In this document: positions 1 through 12,830 of the stretch, in pieces
How the letters are laid out: the number at the start of each line of letters is the position of its first letter
How positions within the stretch are numbered: the first letter of the stretch is position 1
DNA from: Mobula hypostoma
Lineage: Eukaryota
Length of the DNA: 64,000 bases
Direction of reading: 5' to 3'
Assembly (NCBI RefSeq): GCF_963921235.1
Contig: NC_086108.1
Location: 97,280,001 to 97,344,000, forward strand
The notes under the pieces: model-generated
The model's input: the letters and a program-made list of their open reading frames with translations, nothing else
What the model was told of the DNA's origin: nothing
The model's database searches: none
Made by a program: the position numbers and the translations under genes

Positions 1-60
1 ATCCGAAATGATAGGAGAAGACAGGAGGGTCTGAAATGATAGGAGAAGGCAGGAGGGATG
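1..60 (-). mobile_element. Penelope-like element terminal fragment (two short tandem copies)
   Basis: gaaatgataggagaag(a/g)cagg occurs twice and matches 19178-19205 inside the Penelope copy. Confidence 0.55.
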
Positions 61-129
61 GCCCTTATGGTGCAGAACACTGTCTAATGGATGGCCGGCC
101 AAACCTTGACTGCATAGGGATCTTCTCCG

Positions 130-420
130 AGGATTGTCACTTTGTCATGGTGGACAAGCTTGTGAGTTGCTGAGATCCTGGGAGAGATGCCGCTTTGAGC
201 TTAGTTCCTGGTTGGATCACCCGTGGCGGTAAGGTCAAGGGGGAGGTTCCAGATCAACAACAATCCAACTAAGAGCAATGGCGGAGCTGGTAGAAGGTGA
301 TGACACATCCATCACAGCAGTGAGGAGTCCCCAGTATTCTTGCTTTCCATGCCTCTGGACCCTGACCGCGATCTGTCATGCGCCATGTGGTGGCTGGCCA
401 TCCATTAGTCTCCCATGTTA
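130..420 (+). mobile_element. RTE/Expander-type 5'UTR-derived non-autonomous element
   Basis: gtcactttgtcatggtgg...cctggttggatcacccgtggcggtaaggtcaagggggaggttccaga resembles the RTE/Expander 5' leader; a related motif lies at 18960-19000 and 19500-19520. Confidence 0.5.
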
Positions 421-2534
421 AACACATTCATAAATCACATAAGATTAAGGGAATAATCCCTTAGGAGAACATCTTACTCAGCTCAAGTGATCTCACTGCA
501 TACAGGTATGTCAAAGGAACTAATCCAAATCAAACTATGACAGAGCCCGACTGATCACAGAGCTAGTGAATTGCTCATCTCCAATTTTTATTAAAGAGAA
601 AGAATCATTCAATTAATTAAAGACATGTGCAATGAAAATATCTGTCTAAAGATAAATATCATCAAGTTTGTCCCTAAACATTTGGATTGCGGAAAGGATC
701 AATAACAGCATCATGTTTTAAGCATTCTCATGTTAATCCTTTTATTGAAAAATAATGAAATCGGTATTTCTCCCCCACCGAAGAATTCATAATCTGATCC
801 AAATCAGAATATATAACGCAGTGGCAAAAGAGGAAGCCAGGGAATAATAAAATTGCAAGAATCCTAAGGACATACTATATGACCAATTATGAAGTCACTT
901 ATTAAATGGATCCAATTATATGATGAAATGAGACTGGAAGTTATTCCGCACAGGGGGTTTAGTATTCGGAAATAGTTGGCGCGGTAGTAGACATAATTAA
1001 ATAGCAGCATCCCAAAAAAGAAAAATGAAATACTTACAGCTGAAAGTGTTTGAATTGCCATTTTAAATGAGTTACATGAAAGCAACGGTAAAATGTTGTA
1101 TTATTTTTGTGTGTAATAGCTGATTAAAGTAACTTGGCAATTTTACCTGGCTAAAGCCACTGTCTGTGCTTGCACCATATTAATCTCCATCTCAAGATAA
1201 TGAAGGAATGAGCATCACTTCAGGCTTTTCTCCCTGTGACTCCTGCCACCAGAATCATAATCACATTACAGAAAGGAAATTAGTGATATCCTGAGAGAAA
1301 TAATGCCTTTGTAAGCTGTGCTCCATCATTAATTTAGCTTCTCCTTCTCTCAGAGCTGAGGTTGTGGTTTTAAAGAACCTGAGAGGGCTGAGACACTTAG
1401 CTCTCCCTTTATGTTCAAAGAAGGCAGATTGACTTTTTGAATAAATCAGTTCATCATTGGAAGCAACGCAAAATTGTACATGCAGGAAAAGATAAATTAA
1501 TTGATGAGCTTCTAAACGCAAATGCATCCTATTTCACTCAATTGGTTGTCTGATGTTTTAAATTATTCTGTTCATTATGTGGCAGCAGTGCTGACTGTTC
1601 TGGTTTCGGCCCAACTACAAGAGCATTATTTGACTAATCATGCTAATGATGGCATATTTTATATTGTGGCTAACGATGGAGCCATTCATACGTTGCTTAA
1701 GACATTTAGGAGCACTGAACATGAAAGGGGAAAGAAAATGCAATTTGGGAGATGAGACTGTTCTGGCCGCAAAATGAGAAGTACATTTATTTCTGACAAA
1801 AGAGATCGCAAGTGGAAGATTAGCACATGACTGCATTTGCCATCTGGAACTACAGCAGTGGAAAGGTTTTCAGCACAAAGGCTTTAAAGAGGAAAAATAC
1901 TTTCACCTTGACAGAACTGATAGCTTTTTCATTGTGCGGCCTGGCACATTTTCTATATAGATATCTCCTTTTGAAATATCTAAACTATTTAGTACTGAGT
2001 CCAATGGCTTTAATTTCTGTGGAATGGTGAATCACATCTGTATTTTCTGTCATCTGAGCCTGCGCCCTCTGATTTTCTTTCTCCATTTAAAAGCAAATTG
2101 TTTCACAGTGATCTTAAATATGCAGCTACACTGCTTGCAGCAGAAGTATTCATTAGGTATCTGTTTTGAGTGAAGTGATAGCAGTCACCTCTGTGGAATA
2201 TTGCAGCACTAACTTTGTGCTGTTTATTGTTGAAGAGGGAAGCATCTGAATCTCTAGCAGTGAAATGATTTTGCGAACTGATCAATGTCTTAATTGTACT
2301 TTAAATAACAACGATCCTCATCCTTTTGTCAGTATTGTAAAGGATGTCAGTAGAGTAACTTGTGAAGTGAAGAGTTTTTTTTCTTACACTTCGGATCACA
2401 GTCTTTCTAAATCACAGAAGACTGACGCCATTTCAAGATGAACTGACTGGATAATATAGCCGAATCTGCCCTTGCTTCCTTTGTTTAATCAAACTGGCAG
2501 GGTGCATCAGTCAACCTTTGATGAGATATATTCA

Positions 2535-2790
2535 AGATTCACGATTCAAGATTGGTTAATGTCATTTTCAGTACACAAGTGTAAAGGAGAATGAAATAAT
2601 TGTTACTCCAGATCTGAAGCAGCACTGAAGAACATGATAGAGTATAGAACACAATAAAAAAAATCACAATAAATATAAATACATAAAATAGCTTACATAC
2701 ATAGATTGACAGTATGTCCATAAAGTGACGCTAGGCACAGGCGTGTCTGTACATAATGTGACTCTGACAGGAAACGGTAAAGTAGTGGTG
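2535..2790 (-). mobile_element. Rex1/Babar-type LINE 3' tail fragment
   Basis: (ttcaaga)n-type tail followed by ttaatgtcattttcagtac; mirrors the + copy ending at ~40070 (tgacattaaacaatcttgaatcttgaa). Confidence 0.55.
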
Positions 2791-2792
2791 AA

Positions 2793-2927
2793 GAGCTGGG
2801 TTAGTGGATAGCTATTTTGTTTGGCGGACTGGGTTAGTGAGCGGTAATTTTGTTTGCTGGGCTATGTTAGTGCCCGTTTTTTGTGCTTGGTGAGCTGGGT
2901 TAGTGGCTGGTTATTTTGTTTAGGCGA
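2793..2927. repeat. Degenerate minisatellite, ~33-bp unit x4
   Basis: Recurrent ctgggttagtg...ttttgttt units. Confidence 0.75.
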
Positions 2928-3624
2928 AGAAAACATTTTAAAAGGAATGTAACAAAGTTCACCTGGGAGAAGTGAACCCTTCATGGAAATGTGAAAAATG
3001 CGAGTGAAAGGTTTGGAATGGGATTTGCTCATTTTGTGTAATTTAATTATGAATCATTCCAAGAGCTTTGTAACCAATTTGGATTTGCAGTCTTTGCTCA
3101 CATCCTATGAGTGTTTATTTAGGGAATAACAAAAGTATAATTTATCACAGGCTTTTGCATATCAAGGACTATTCTGACACAGTGTGAAGGTGATTTCCAA
3201 GACAAATGTTAATGTGCACTTCACCTGAATAAAGAGACAAATTTGAGTTAATTATTGCAGTTAGATGATTGATGTTTTTCTAATTTTTGGTACATAATTT
3301 AACTTCCTGAATGCATAGATCTGTCTATGCTTTCTCCCCCCACCCATACAGATTATCTTGAGCCATGCAGTTCCGACTGACAACAATGAGACCAAATGAC
3401 TTGGTCCCAAGTAACTATTGCTGTGTATGTAATACTCAGAGCTATGACCACCCTGTATGTTAATATCATTCTCCAACATCCACGAGATGGGATTCACTTT
3501 GTCCATTTTTTTTGACAAAGCACATTCTAACTGTTTTCTACCCTATTACCTTGTAGCTTGGTTTTGTGCACTACATTGCAATCTACAATTGCTTCATCCC
3601 AATCCTTTCTCAGTATTATTAAGA

Positions 3625-5115
3625 GGAACATAGAACAGTACAGAACAGGTAAAGGTTATTTGGCCTACTATGTTGTGCCGAACCATTAAATCAAGTGGCC
3701 AAATAAACTAGTCTCTTCAGCCTGCACACTGTCCATTTCCTTCCATTTTCCTCTCATTCATGTGCTTATCTAAATACCTCTTAAAAGTCCTTAGTGTTGC
3801 TGGCTCTACCAACACCCCAGGCATTCTAGGCACCCATCACTCTCTGTGTAAAAAAAACTTGCTCCTCACGTCTCCTTTGAAATTATCCCCTTTCATGCCC
3901 TAGGATACGAGGGATTTCAACCCTGGGAAACAGACACTCTCTGTCTACTCTATCTATGCCTCTCAACTATCAGATCTCACCTAACTCTAGCTATTGCACA
4001 TGCCCTCTAATCCTGGAAACATCCTGCTCCCTCTTCAAAGCTTCAACATCTTTCTTATAGTGGGGTGACCAGAACTGTATGTAATACTCCGGATGTGGCC
4101 TGACTAAAGTTTTATAAAGTTGCACCCATAACTTCCTGATTTTTGAACTCAATGCCATGACCAATAAAGGCAAGCATGTTATATGCCTTCTTAACCACTT
4201 TATCAACCTGTGTGGCCACTTTCAGGGAGCCATGAACTTGGACCCCAAGATCCCTCTGCTCATCAACACTGTTAAGGGTCCTGCCCTTAACAGTGCACTC
4301 TCTCTTTACATTTGACCTACCGAGGTGCAACATCTCATATTTATCTGGATTAAACTCCATCTGCCACTTCTTTGCCCATATCATCTATATCCCACTGTAT
4401 TCTTTGCCAGTCTCCTACACTATCCACAACACCACCAATCTTCATATCATCTGCAAGATGGCGGCACGACGCAGCGTGCGCAGCTCTCCGGTGAAATGAT
4501 ATCGTATTTGTTAAATAGGGTGCCATGCACAATTCTGATTTGATGGAGACAGACGTGAGAAGGCACAGAGGAACATCTGGAGAAATTTCTGAAATGCCCG
4601 ATTCGCTGCGGCTGCTACTGTGCGATCAAGAATCTCCGGAGGGAAGGCCCCAAAATTCCCGGCTTTGCCTGCTGCTGGTGACCGAGGCTGAAGTTGAAGC
4701 GTTCGGCAGAGATGGTACTCGGTGTTGGAGGGCTGATCGGAGCTTGGAGTTTTCAGACGACTCAAGAGTCGGACTGTAGTCGGGCATGGCAGGGAGAGTT
4801 TTCTTCCTTCTCCCGTCTGCGAGACTTTCGAGAGACTTTGAACTTTTTTACTGTGCCATGGCCTGTTCTTCATCAAGTTATGGTATTGTTGTACTGTTGT
4901 AACTATATGTTATAATTATGTTTTTTGTTAGTTTTTCAGTCTTGATTTGTCCTGTGTTTCTGTGATATCACACCAGAGGAATATTGTATCACTTCTTAAT
5001 GCATGCATTACTAAATGACAATAAAAGAGGACTGCGTGTCCTCATAATCTAATCTAAAAAAAACGCACTAACCCACCCAACTGCAATACATTTTCATCCA
5101 GGTCATTTATATACA
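3625..5115 (-). mobile_element. CR1 LINE 3' portion (decayed), interrupted at 4455-5058
   Basis: Minus-strand ORFs ADDMKIGGVVDS, WAKKWQMEFNPDK, QRDLGVQV and LYKTLVRPHPEYYIQFWSPHYKKD are typical of the CR1 ORF2 C-terminus; the sequence resumes after the insert. Confidence 0.9.
4455..5058 (+). mobile_element. Non-autonomous ~600-bp retroposon (aagatggcg head, (aatct)n tail)
   Basis: CpG-rich; starts aagatggcgg and ends aataaaag...cataatctaatcta; related copies at 29804-30435 (-) and 39143-39660 (-). Confidence 0.8.
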
Positions 5116-5334
5116 TCAGAAACAGCAGATGTCTCAGTGCAGATCCCTGCGGAACACCTCAAATCACAGATGTCCAGCTCGAACAAGTCCCTTCGACCTC
5201 TACCCTCTGTGGGCAAGCTAGTTCTGAATACGAACAGCCAATTCACCAGACTGAGTGAGGATGGAGGGTCCTCTCCCCGAGTTGGGTTGGAGTCCACTCG
5301 CCACAATAGTGTACAATGATCTGTTAGAGATGCA

Positions 5335-5445
5335 CGAGTCCGTAGATGCTGGAATCTGGAGCAGAGAACAAAATGCTGGAGGAACTCAGTGGGTCAGGCA
5401 GCATCTTTGAAGGGAAATAGACAGTCGACGTTTTGAGTTGAGACA
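5335..5445 (-). mobile_element. Penelope terminal-repeat-derived short element
   Basis: agatgctggaatc...aaaatgctggaggaactcag...gcagcatc...gtcgacgttt motif shared with 19010-19110. Confidence 0.7.
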
Positions 5446-6009
5446 TTAGTAGGTTGTGGGCATGTTGTGCTGATGCTGGAAGCACGGTGACTCTTGCAGG
5501 CTGCCCCCAGAACATCCTTGGAATTGTTATTTGCTGGTGCATTTCACTGTATGTTTCAATGTGACAAATAAAACAAATCCTTTTTTTACCTTTATCATGA
5601 GAGTGTTGGAGAATTCTCAACAGTACTTAATTCTTCCCTTTTTGTGCACTGAAATGAAATAGCTGTGTCTGGATACATCAAAGAGTCGAACATCCCAGCT
5701 GAAGCTGTTTCTTTTACTTGATCTTGGGATGTGTGCAACATTAACAAAGCAGTATATATTTCTACAGAAATAAAACATGAAAATGTTGTAAATAATCAGC
5801 CAGGCTGCAGCATCTCTGGAGAGAGGGACAGAATTAATAATAATGAACGGCCTTTCATCAGCCTTATTTTCAACACTTAATTGGTCTGGGGACATCAGTC
5901 ATGTACAATGTTGTGCTCATGGAAGGCCAGTGACCAGAAGAGTTTTTCTCTCTCTGCTCGTACGCCAGAAGTCTTGTTTCATATTAGTTATAACAACATA
6001 GGTACGAAA

Positions 6010-6630
6010 TTATATTGACTGGCTGCATCACAGCCTGGTACAGAAACACCAGTGCCTTTGACTGAAAATTCCTACGAAGTGTAGTGGAAACAGCCCGGTC
6101 TCTCGCGGGTAAAGCCCTCCCCGCCATTGAGCATACCTACATGAAACACCGTCGCAGGAAAGCAGCATCCATCACCAGGGAGCCCCACCACCCATGGCAT
6201 GCTCTCTTCTCGCTGCTGCCAAATGAAAGAAGGTACAGGAGCCTCAGAACTCACACCACCAGGTTCAGGAGCAGTTATTACCCCTCAACCATCAGGCTCT
6301 TGTACCAAAGGGGATAGTTTCACTTGCCCCATCATTGAAATGTTCCCACAGACTATGAGCTCCCTTTCAAGGACTCTTCGTCTTATGTTCTTGATACTTA
6401 TTGCTTATTTTTTTAGTGATTATTATTTCCTTCTTTTTGTATTTGCAGAGTTTTGTCTTTTTGTGTTTTGCACACTGGTTGAATGCCCAGGTTGGCGCAG
6501 TCTTTCATTAATTCTGTCGTGGTTATTATTTTATGGATTTGTTGAGTATGACTCAAGACAATGAATCTCAGGATTGGAAATGGTGCCTTACATGTACTTT
6601 GATAATAAGCTTACATTGAGCTTTGAACTT
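6010..6630 (+). mobile_element. Rex1/Babar LINE 3' end
   Basis: ORF KAASITREPHHPWHALFSLLPNERRYRSLRTHTTRFRSSYYPSTIRLL, then a 3'UTR ending tttgaactt. Confidence 0.85.
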
Positions 6631-6639
6631 AGAAACTGG

Positions 6640-9600
6640 AGGAGGTCCTGAAGCGAGAATATGAGGAGTTAGGAAGAAAGCTGAAAAGCAGGACCTGCAG
6701 GCTAGCAATCTCTGGATTGCTGCCTGTGTGGCGTCCCAGTGAGGGTAAGAGGAGGTTGACAAAGCAAATGAATGTGAGGCTGAGGAACTGGTGCAGGGGC
6801 AGGGTTTCAGAGTTCTGGATCATTGGGATCTCTTCTGACCTTGCAAAAAGGGTGGGTTACACTTGAACGAGGGTGAACAATATGCTTGCAGGCATGTTTG
6901 CTCAAGCTGTTGGGAGAGTTTGATCTAATTTGGCAGGGGGATGGGAACTGGCTGAGGACGGGGCAATTGGTATACAAATTGAAGCAGTGTGTAGTGAGAC
7001 CGTGAGGAAGGATAGGCAGATGATAGGGCCAAATTGCAGTCAGTGGGATGAGTTGAAGTGTAACAATGGGGGCAAATTCAAAAAGGCTGATGAATACAGG
7101 ACTGAAGGTGAATGCACAGTATTTATGGAATAAGGTAGATGATCTGTAACACAACTAGAGATTGGCAGATATGACATTATGGGCATCCCTGATTTGTGAC
7201 TGAAAGAAGATTATAGCTGAAAGTTTAATATCCAAGGATACCACCTTATATCAAAAGGACAGGCAGGTAGGCAGAGGGGGTGGTTTGGCTCTGTTGGTAA
7301 AAAATGAAATCGAAACATTAGAAAGAGGTGACAGGAATAGAAATGCAGAACTCTTGTGGGCAGAGTTAAGAAAATGCAAGGGTAAAAATATCCTGATGGG
7401 AGTTGTATACTCGCCTCCAAATAGTAGCCAGGATGTGGGATACAAATTACTTTGGAAGATAGAGAAGGCATGTAAAAAGGGCAATGCTATGACAGTCATG
7501 GGGAATTTCAATATGCAAATAGTTTGTGAAAATTAGGTTGGAGCTAGATCCCAAGAGACAGAAATTGTAGAGTGCCTACGAGATAGCTTTTTAGAGCAGT
7601 TCATGGTTGAGCCCATTAGGGGAAAGCTAATTCTGGATTGGTTGTTGTGTAATGAACCAAATTTGGTTAGGGAGCTTAAAGTAAAGGAACCCTTAGGAAG
7701 CAGTGATCATAATATGATAGAATTCACTTTTCAGTTTAAGAGGGAGAAGATAAATTCAGACGTATCAGTATTACAGTGGAGTAAAAGAGATTACAGAGGT
7801 ATGAGAGATGACCTGGTCAAAACTGATTGGATGAGGACACTAGCAGGGATGATGGCAGAACAAAAATGGTCAGAGTTTCAGGGGACAATTTGGAAGGCAT
7901 AGGTTGGATACATCCCAAAGATGAAGAAGTATTCTAAAGGACGAATGAGGCAACCATGGCTAACAGGGAAAGTCAACGACAACATAAAATCAAAGGAGAG
8001 GGTTCACAATAGAGCAAAAATTAATGGGAAATTAGAAGATTGGAAAGGTTTTAAAAGCCACAAAAAGGCAACTAAAAAGGCCATAAGGAGAGAAAAGACA
8101 AAATAAGAAAGGAAGCTAGCCAATAATATAAAACTGGATACCAAAAGTCTTTTTTCAAACATATAAAGAGTAAAAGAATGGATATCGAATCACTGGAAAA
8201 TGATAATGAAGAGACAGTAATGGGGGACAAAGAAATGGAAGAACAACTTGATCATATTTCAGATCAACCTTCATTGTGGAAGACACTAGCAGAATGCCAG
8301 AAGTTTCAGAGCATCAGGGGGCAGAAGAGAGTGTTGTTACCATTACTAAGAAGAAAGTGCCCAGAAAGCTGAAAGGTTTGAAGGTAGATAAGTCACCTGG
8401 ACCAGATGGGCTGTACCCGAGGTTTCTGAACGAGGTAGGTGAAGAGATTCTGCAGGCATTACAAATGATCTTTCCAGAGTCAGTAGATACTGGAATGGTT
8501 CTGGAGGAGTCAAAAGCTGTAAATGTCACACCACACTTTAAGAAAAGAGGGAGGCAGAGGAAAGGAAAGGAAATTGTAGGTCAGTTAGCAGTGGTTGGAA
8601 AGATTTTGGAGTCCATTATTAAGGATGAGGTGTCACTGTACTTGGAAGCACATGATAAAATAGGCCAAAAGTCAGCATTGTTTCCTTAAGGGGCATTTTT
8701 GACTGACAAATCCATTGAAATTCTTTGAGGAAATAACAAGCAGGATAGGCAAATGGTACGCTGTTTACTTGGATTTTCAGAAGGCCTTTGACAAGGTGCC
8801 ACACATGAGGTTGCTTAACAAGATAAGAGCCCATGGTATGACAGGAAAGATACTAGCATGGATAGAAAATCAGCTGACAGGCATGAGGCAAAGAGTGGGA
8901 ATAAATGGAGGTTATTCTAATTGGCTGCCAGTGACTAGTGGTGTTCCGCAGGGGTTGGTGTTAAGACTGCTTCTCTTCACATTATACGTGAATGATTTGG
9001 GTGATGGAATTGATGGCTTTGCGACCAAGTTTGGGGACAATAGGTGGAGGGCAAGTAGTGTTGAGGAATCAGGGAGTCTGCAGAAAGGGTTTAGACAGAT
9101 TGAGAGCATGGGCACAGAAGTGCAGGGAAGTGAATGGTCATGCACTTCGGTAGAAAGAATAAAGATGTAAACTATTTTCTAAATGGTGTGGCACGTGGCC
9201 AAGTGGTTAAGGTGTTGGACTAGCAATCTGAGGTCGTGAGTTCGAGCCCCAGCAGAGGCAGCGTGTTGTGTCCTTGAGCAAGGCACTTAACCACACACTA
9301 CTCCAGTCCACCCAGCTGAAAATGGGCACCGGCAAAATGCTGGGGGTTAACCTCGAGATAGACTGGCGTCCTATACAGGGGGGAATCTCGTACCTTCAGT
9401 CGCTTCACGCCATGGAAACCAGCATAAACAGCAGCCTGATGAGCCTATAAGGCTCGGGACAAACTTTAACTTTAACTATTTTCTAAACAGGGAGAATATT
9501 CAAAACTCAGAGGTGCAAAGAGACTTGGGAGTCCTTGTGCAGGATTCCCTACAGGTTAGGTTAGTGGTAAGGAGGCAAATGCAATGTTAGCATTAATTCT

Positions 9601-9720
9601 GAGAGGACAAGAATATAAGAGCAAGGATGTAATGATGAATCTTTATCAGCCATCAGTCAAACTGCGCTTGGAGTATTGTGAACAGTTCAAGGTCCCTTAT
9701 ATAAGAGATGTGCTGGCACT
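6640..9720 (+). mobile_element. CR1 LINE, decayed (ORF1 esterase end, APE and RT)
   Basis: GVVYSPPNS, MGNFN, LGSSDHN (APE); KSPGPDG, YLDFQKAFDKVPH, SGVPQG (RT); many stops and frameshifts. Confidence 0.92.
9186..9473 (+). mobile_element. tRNA-derived CORE-like SINE (tail type A)
   Basis: A-box tggccaagtgg, B-box gttcgagcc, core tgtgtccttgagcaaggcacttaa, (aacttt)n tail; 14-bp TSD aactattttctaaa at 9170-9183 and 9474-9487. Confidence 0.9.
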
Positions 9721-9721
9721 A

Positions 9722-9908
9722 ATAATCATTCTACAGTCAAATCCATTTCGATCACATATCTTCCTCATTCTCTTGCACAACAACTGAACTTCTTGACCAT
9801 GTCTGCATGCTTTTATGCTTTGTGTTTCTGCCACACAATTGGCTGATTAGATATTTACATTAATGAGCTGATGTATGGATGTACCTAATAAAGTGGCCAT
9901 AGGGTGTA
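9722..9908 (-). mobile_element. Tc1-derived non-autonomous DNA transposon fragment
   Basis: Ends gtacctaataaagtggcca (TIR); reverse complement of the 12283 and 53208 copies. Confidence 0.8.
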
Positions 9909-10479
9909 CATTGTAACATCAGTGGCTGGAGGGCCATTTAGTGTATTATAATCTATGGTATATTTTATGTATTTTACTGTACTGCTGCCACAAAACAACA
10001 AGTTTCATAACAAGTGGCAGTCATAATAAACCTGATTCTGATTCTGAAGTTTCCACAATAACTTAAAATGGTACGAACTCGGATCACCTAGCCAGTAAAT
10101 TGTCTTTTCCAAAAACTCCCTTCTGGAAAATGCTATTGGGCTAGTAAAACAAAACTTCATACTATCTTAAAAGTTTCTTCCCCCAGGCAGTTAATCTGAT
10201 TGACCATTCTGGTTAGCCACCCCACCCCATCTATCTATTACCCCAGTCACTGCACTGCACTGTAAACACTTCAAACAACATTTTTATAATGCTGTTTATA
10301 TTGCAAGTACATGCTGGTATTTATGTATTTATGCACATTTTATTCCATTTCTAAAACTTCTTATTTTATTTTTATGAGCAGTAATTCTTCATTCTGTATA
10401 ATTGTTGAATGCTGTAGTTTTTGGTTGCATGTGGCGCCAATACACTGTAGCAATTTGCCAATTCACGTAAACTTATATG

Positions 10480-10830
10480 TCAAAGTACATTTATTATCAA
10501 AGTAAATATATGTCATCACATACAACCATGGGATTCATTTTCTTGCAGGCATAATCAATAAATTTATAGAGTAATAACCATAACAGAATCAGTGAAAGAC
10601 TGCCCAACTTGGGTGTTCAACCAGGGTGCAGAAGACAACAAGAAACTGTGCAAAAACAAAAAGAGGAAATAATGATAATAATAAATAAATAAGCAATAAG
10701 TATCAAAAACATGAGATGAAAAGTCCTTGAAAGTGAGTCCACAGGTTGTGGGAACAGCTTTGTGATGGGGCAAGTGAAGTTGACTGAAGTTATCTCCTTT
10801 AGTTCAAGGGCCTGATGGTTGAAGTTGATC
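10480..10830 (-). mobile_element. Rex1/Babar 3'UTR fragment
   Basis: Reverse complement of 6320-6630; close to 47295-47660. Confidence 0.75.
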
Positions 10831-11098
10831 CTTGATAACCTCTATGGGGGGGTGGGGGTTTAAACTTAAGACCTCTGGTAGTTAGACCAAAAAATAAAAC
10901 ACCAGAAAAGATGATTTGATTTATAATGCTCATGGTGTAATATAATTGTACAACACGGAAATGGAGTCTGTGTCCTAACTTGCCCATGTTAGGCTTATAA
11001 ATCCTATGCGGACTAATCCAATTTGTCCTCATTAGGCCCACAACCCTTTACTTCCTTTGTATCTAAAAGCCAGCCCAAATGTTTTTTTTAATGTTCGA

Positions 11099-11645
11099 AG
11101 CAACACTCACAACACGCTGGAGGAACTCAGCAGGTCGGGCAGCATCCGTGGAAAAGATCGGTTGACGTTTCGGGCCGGAACCCTTTGTCAGGACTGAAGA
11201 GGGAAGGGGCAGAGGCCTTATAAAGAAGGTGGGGGGAGGGTGGGAAGGAGAAGGCTGGTAGGTTCCAGGTGAAAAACCAGAAAGGGGAAAGATCAAGGGG
11301 TGGGGGAGGGGAGGCAGGGAGGTGATAGGCAGGAAAGGTGAAGAAAGAATAGGGGAAAACACAATGGGTAGTAGAAGGAGGCGGAACCATAAGGGAGGTG
11401 ATAGGCAGCTGGGGGAGGGGGCAGAGTGACATAGGGATGGGGGAAGGGAGGGGGAGGGAATTACTGGAAGTTGGAGAATTCTATGTTCATACCAAAGGGC
11501 TGGAGACTACCTAGACAGTATATGAGGTGTTGCTCCTCCAACCTGAGTTTAGCCTCATCATGGCAGTAGAGGAGGCCATGTATGGACATATCTGAATGGG
11601 AGAGGGAAGCAGAGTTGAAGTGGGTGGCTACTGGGAGATCCTGTC
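11099..11645 (-). mobile_element. Penelope-like element 3' end (GIY-YIG C-terminus plus terminal repeat with degenerate hammerhead)
   Basis: Minus strand translates PVATHFNSASLSHSDMSIHGLLYCHDEAKLRLEEQHLIYCLGSLQPFGMNIEFSNFQ*; flanked by a ~100-bp direct repeat. Confidence 0.85.
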
Positions 11646-11769
11646 TAAAGCCTATGCGGACTAATCCAATTTGTCCTCATTAGGCCCACAGCCCTTTACT
11701 TCCTTTGTATCTAAAAACGAGCCCAAATGATTTTTTTTTAATGTTTGAAAGCGTTTTGGAAGTTAATAC

Positions 11770-11970
11770 AAATACTACATCTGTATGTCCTGCCTGTGGA
11801 ATGCATGCATTTTCCCCGACTGCTCTGGTTTTCACCCACAGTACAAAGACGTTGGTCATTGTAAGTTGTCCTATGATCAGGTTAGGGCTAAGTCGAGGTT
11901 GTTGGTTGCTGGGGTGGTGTGGCTCAAAGGGCCAGAAGGGACTACAGTACTCTAAATTAAAAAAACAAAA
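11770..11970 (+). mobile_element. HE1-like V-SINE, partial
   Basis: tgctctggttttcacccacagtacaaagac V-domain-like core and ggtcattgtaagttgtcc tail. Confidence 0.7.
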
Positions 11971-12282
11971 GCACAAATTTGAAATTTTACATGGATTGGT
12001 CTAATCATTTAGCATAAATTCTGCAGGAGCCCCAGAATCACAGATAAACCATTATTGGGTCATTGGGAATTTGCCTTTATTGCTTCCTCCCACATACAGA
12101 TGTGAAAAATGTGCCCTTCAAACCTCTTCTAAATTTCTCTCCTCTCTGTGCCCTTCTCTATGAGAGGAAAAAGATTCTGACCGTCCCACCCTGTCTATGC
12201 CCCTGACAATTTTATAAATCTCTCTAAGGTTAAGTTAATTTAAATGCTACTGTTTATGTGGTTTCTAATTTCTGTTGAGGTA

Positions 12283-12830
12283 TATTCAGTGGTCCTGTAC
12301 ATCTGCTCATTAATGTAAATATCTAATTAGCCAATGATGTGGCAGCAACTCAGTGCATAAATGCATGCAGACATGGTCAAAAGATTCAGTTGTTCTTTAG
12401 ACCAAACATCAGAATGAGGAAGATATGTGATCTAAGTGACTTTGATTGTGGAATAATTGTTGATGCCAGAAAGGGTGTTTTGATTCTCTCAGGAACTGTT
12501 GATCTCCTGGGATTTTCACACACAGCAGTCTCTAGAGTTTACAGAAAATGGTCGAAAAAACAAAACAAAGCAATAAAAAAAAAATCCAATGAGCGGCAGT
12601 TCTGTGGGTGAAAACTCCTTGTTAATGAGAGATGTCAGTGAAGAACGGCCAGACTGGTTCAAGCAAACAGGAGGGTAATCGTAACTCAAATAACTTCATA
12701 TTATGACAGTGGGGTGCAGAGAGTATCTCTGAAATCACAACAGGTCGACATTGAACTGGATGGACTACAGCAGCAGAAGACCATGAGCATATACTCTGTG
12801 GCCACTTTATTAGATACAGAAGGTACTTAA
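12283..12830 (+). mobile_element. Tc1-derived non-autonomous element
   Basis: Remnant of the Tc1 N-terminal HTH (CDLSDFDCGIIVDAR...LLGFSHTAVSRVYRKW); TIR-like gtggccactttattag near the end. Confidence 0.85.

Noticed and set aside
2109..2156. Possible 48-nt + strand exon (DLKYAATLLAAEVFI)
   Set aside because: Weak donor, unrecognised peptide and no partner exons.
9186..9262. tRNA-like sequences (also at 21949 and 41870)
   Set aside because: They are SINE heads followed by a core, a tail and TSDs, not tRNA genes.
9436..9462. ctgatga-gcctataaggc in the SINE tail resembles a hammerhead core plus stem II
   Set aside because: No GAAA follows (tcggg instead) and there is no stem I or III; better read as a LINE-type 3' stem-loop (gagcc/ggctc).
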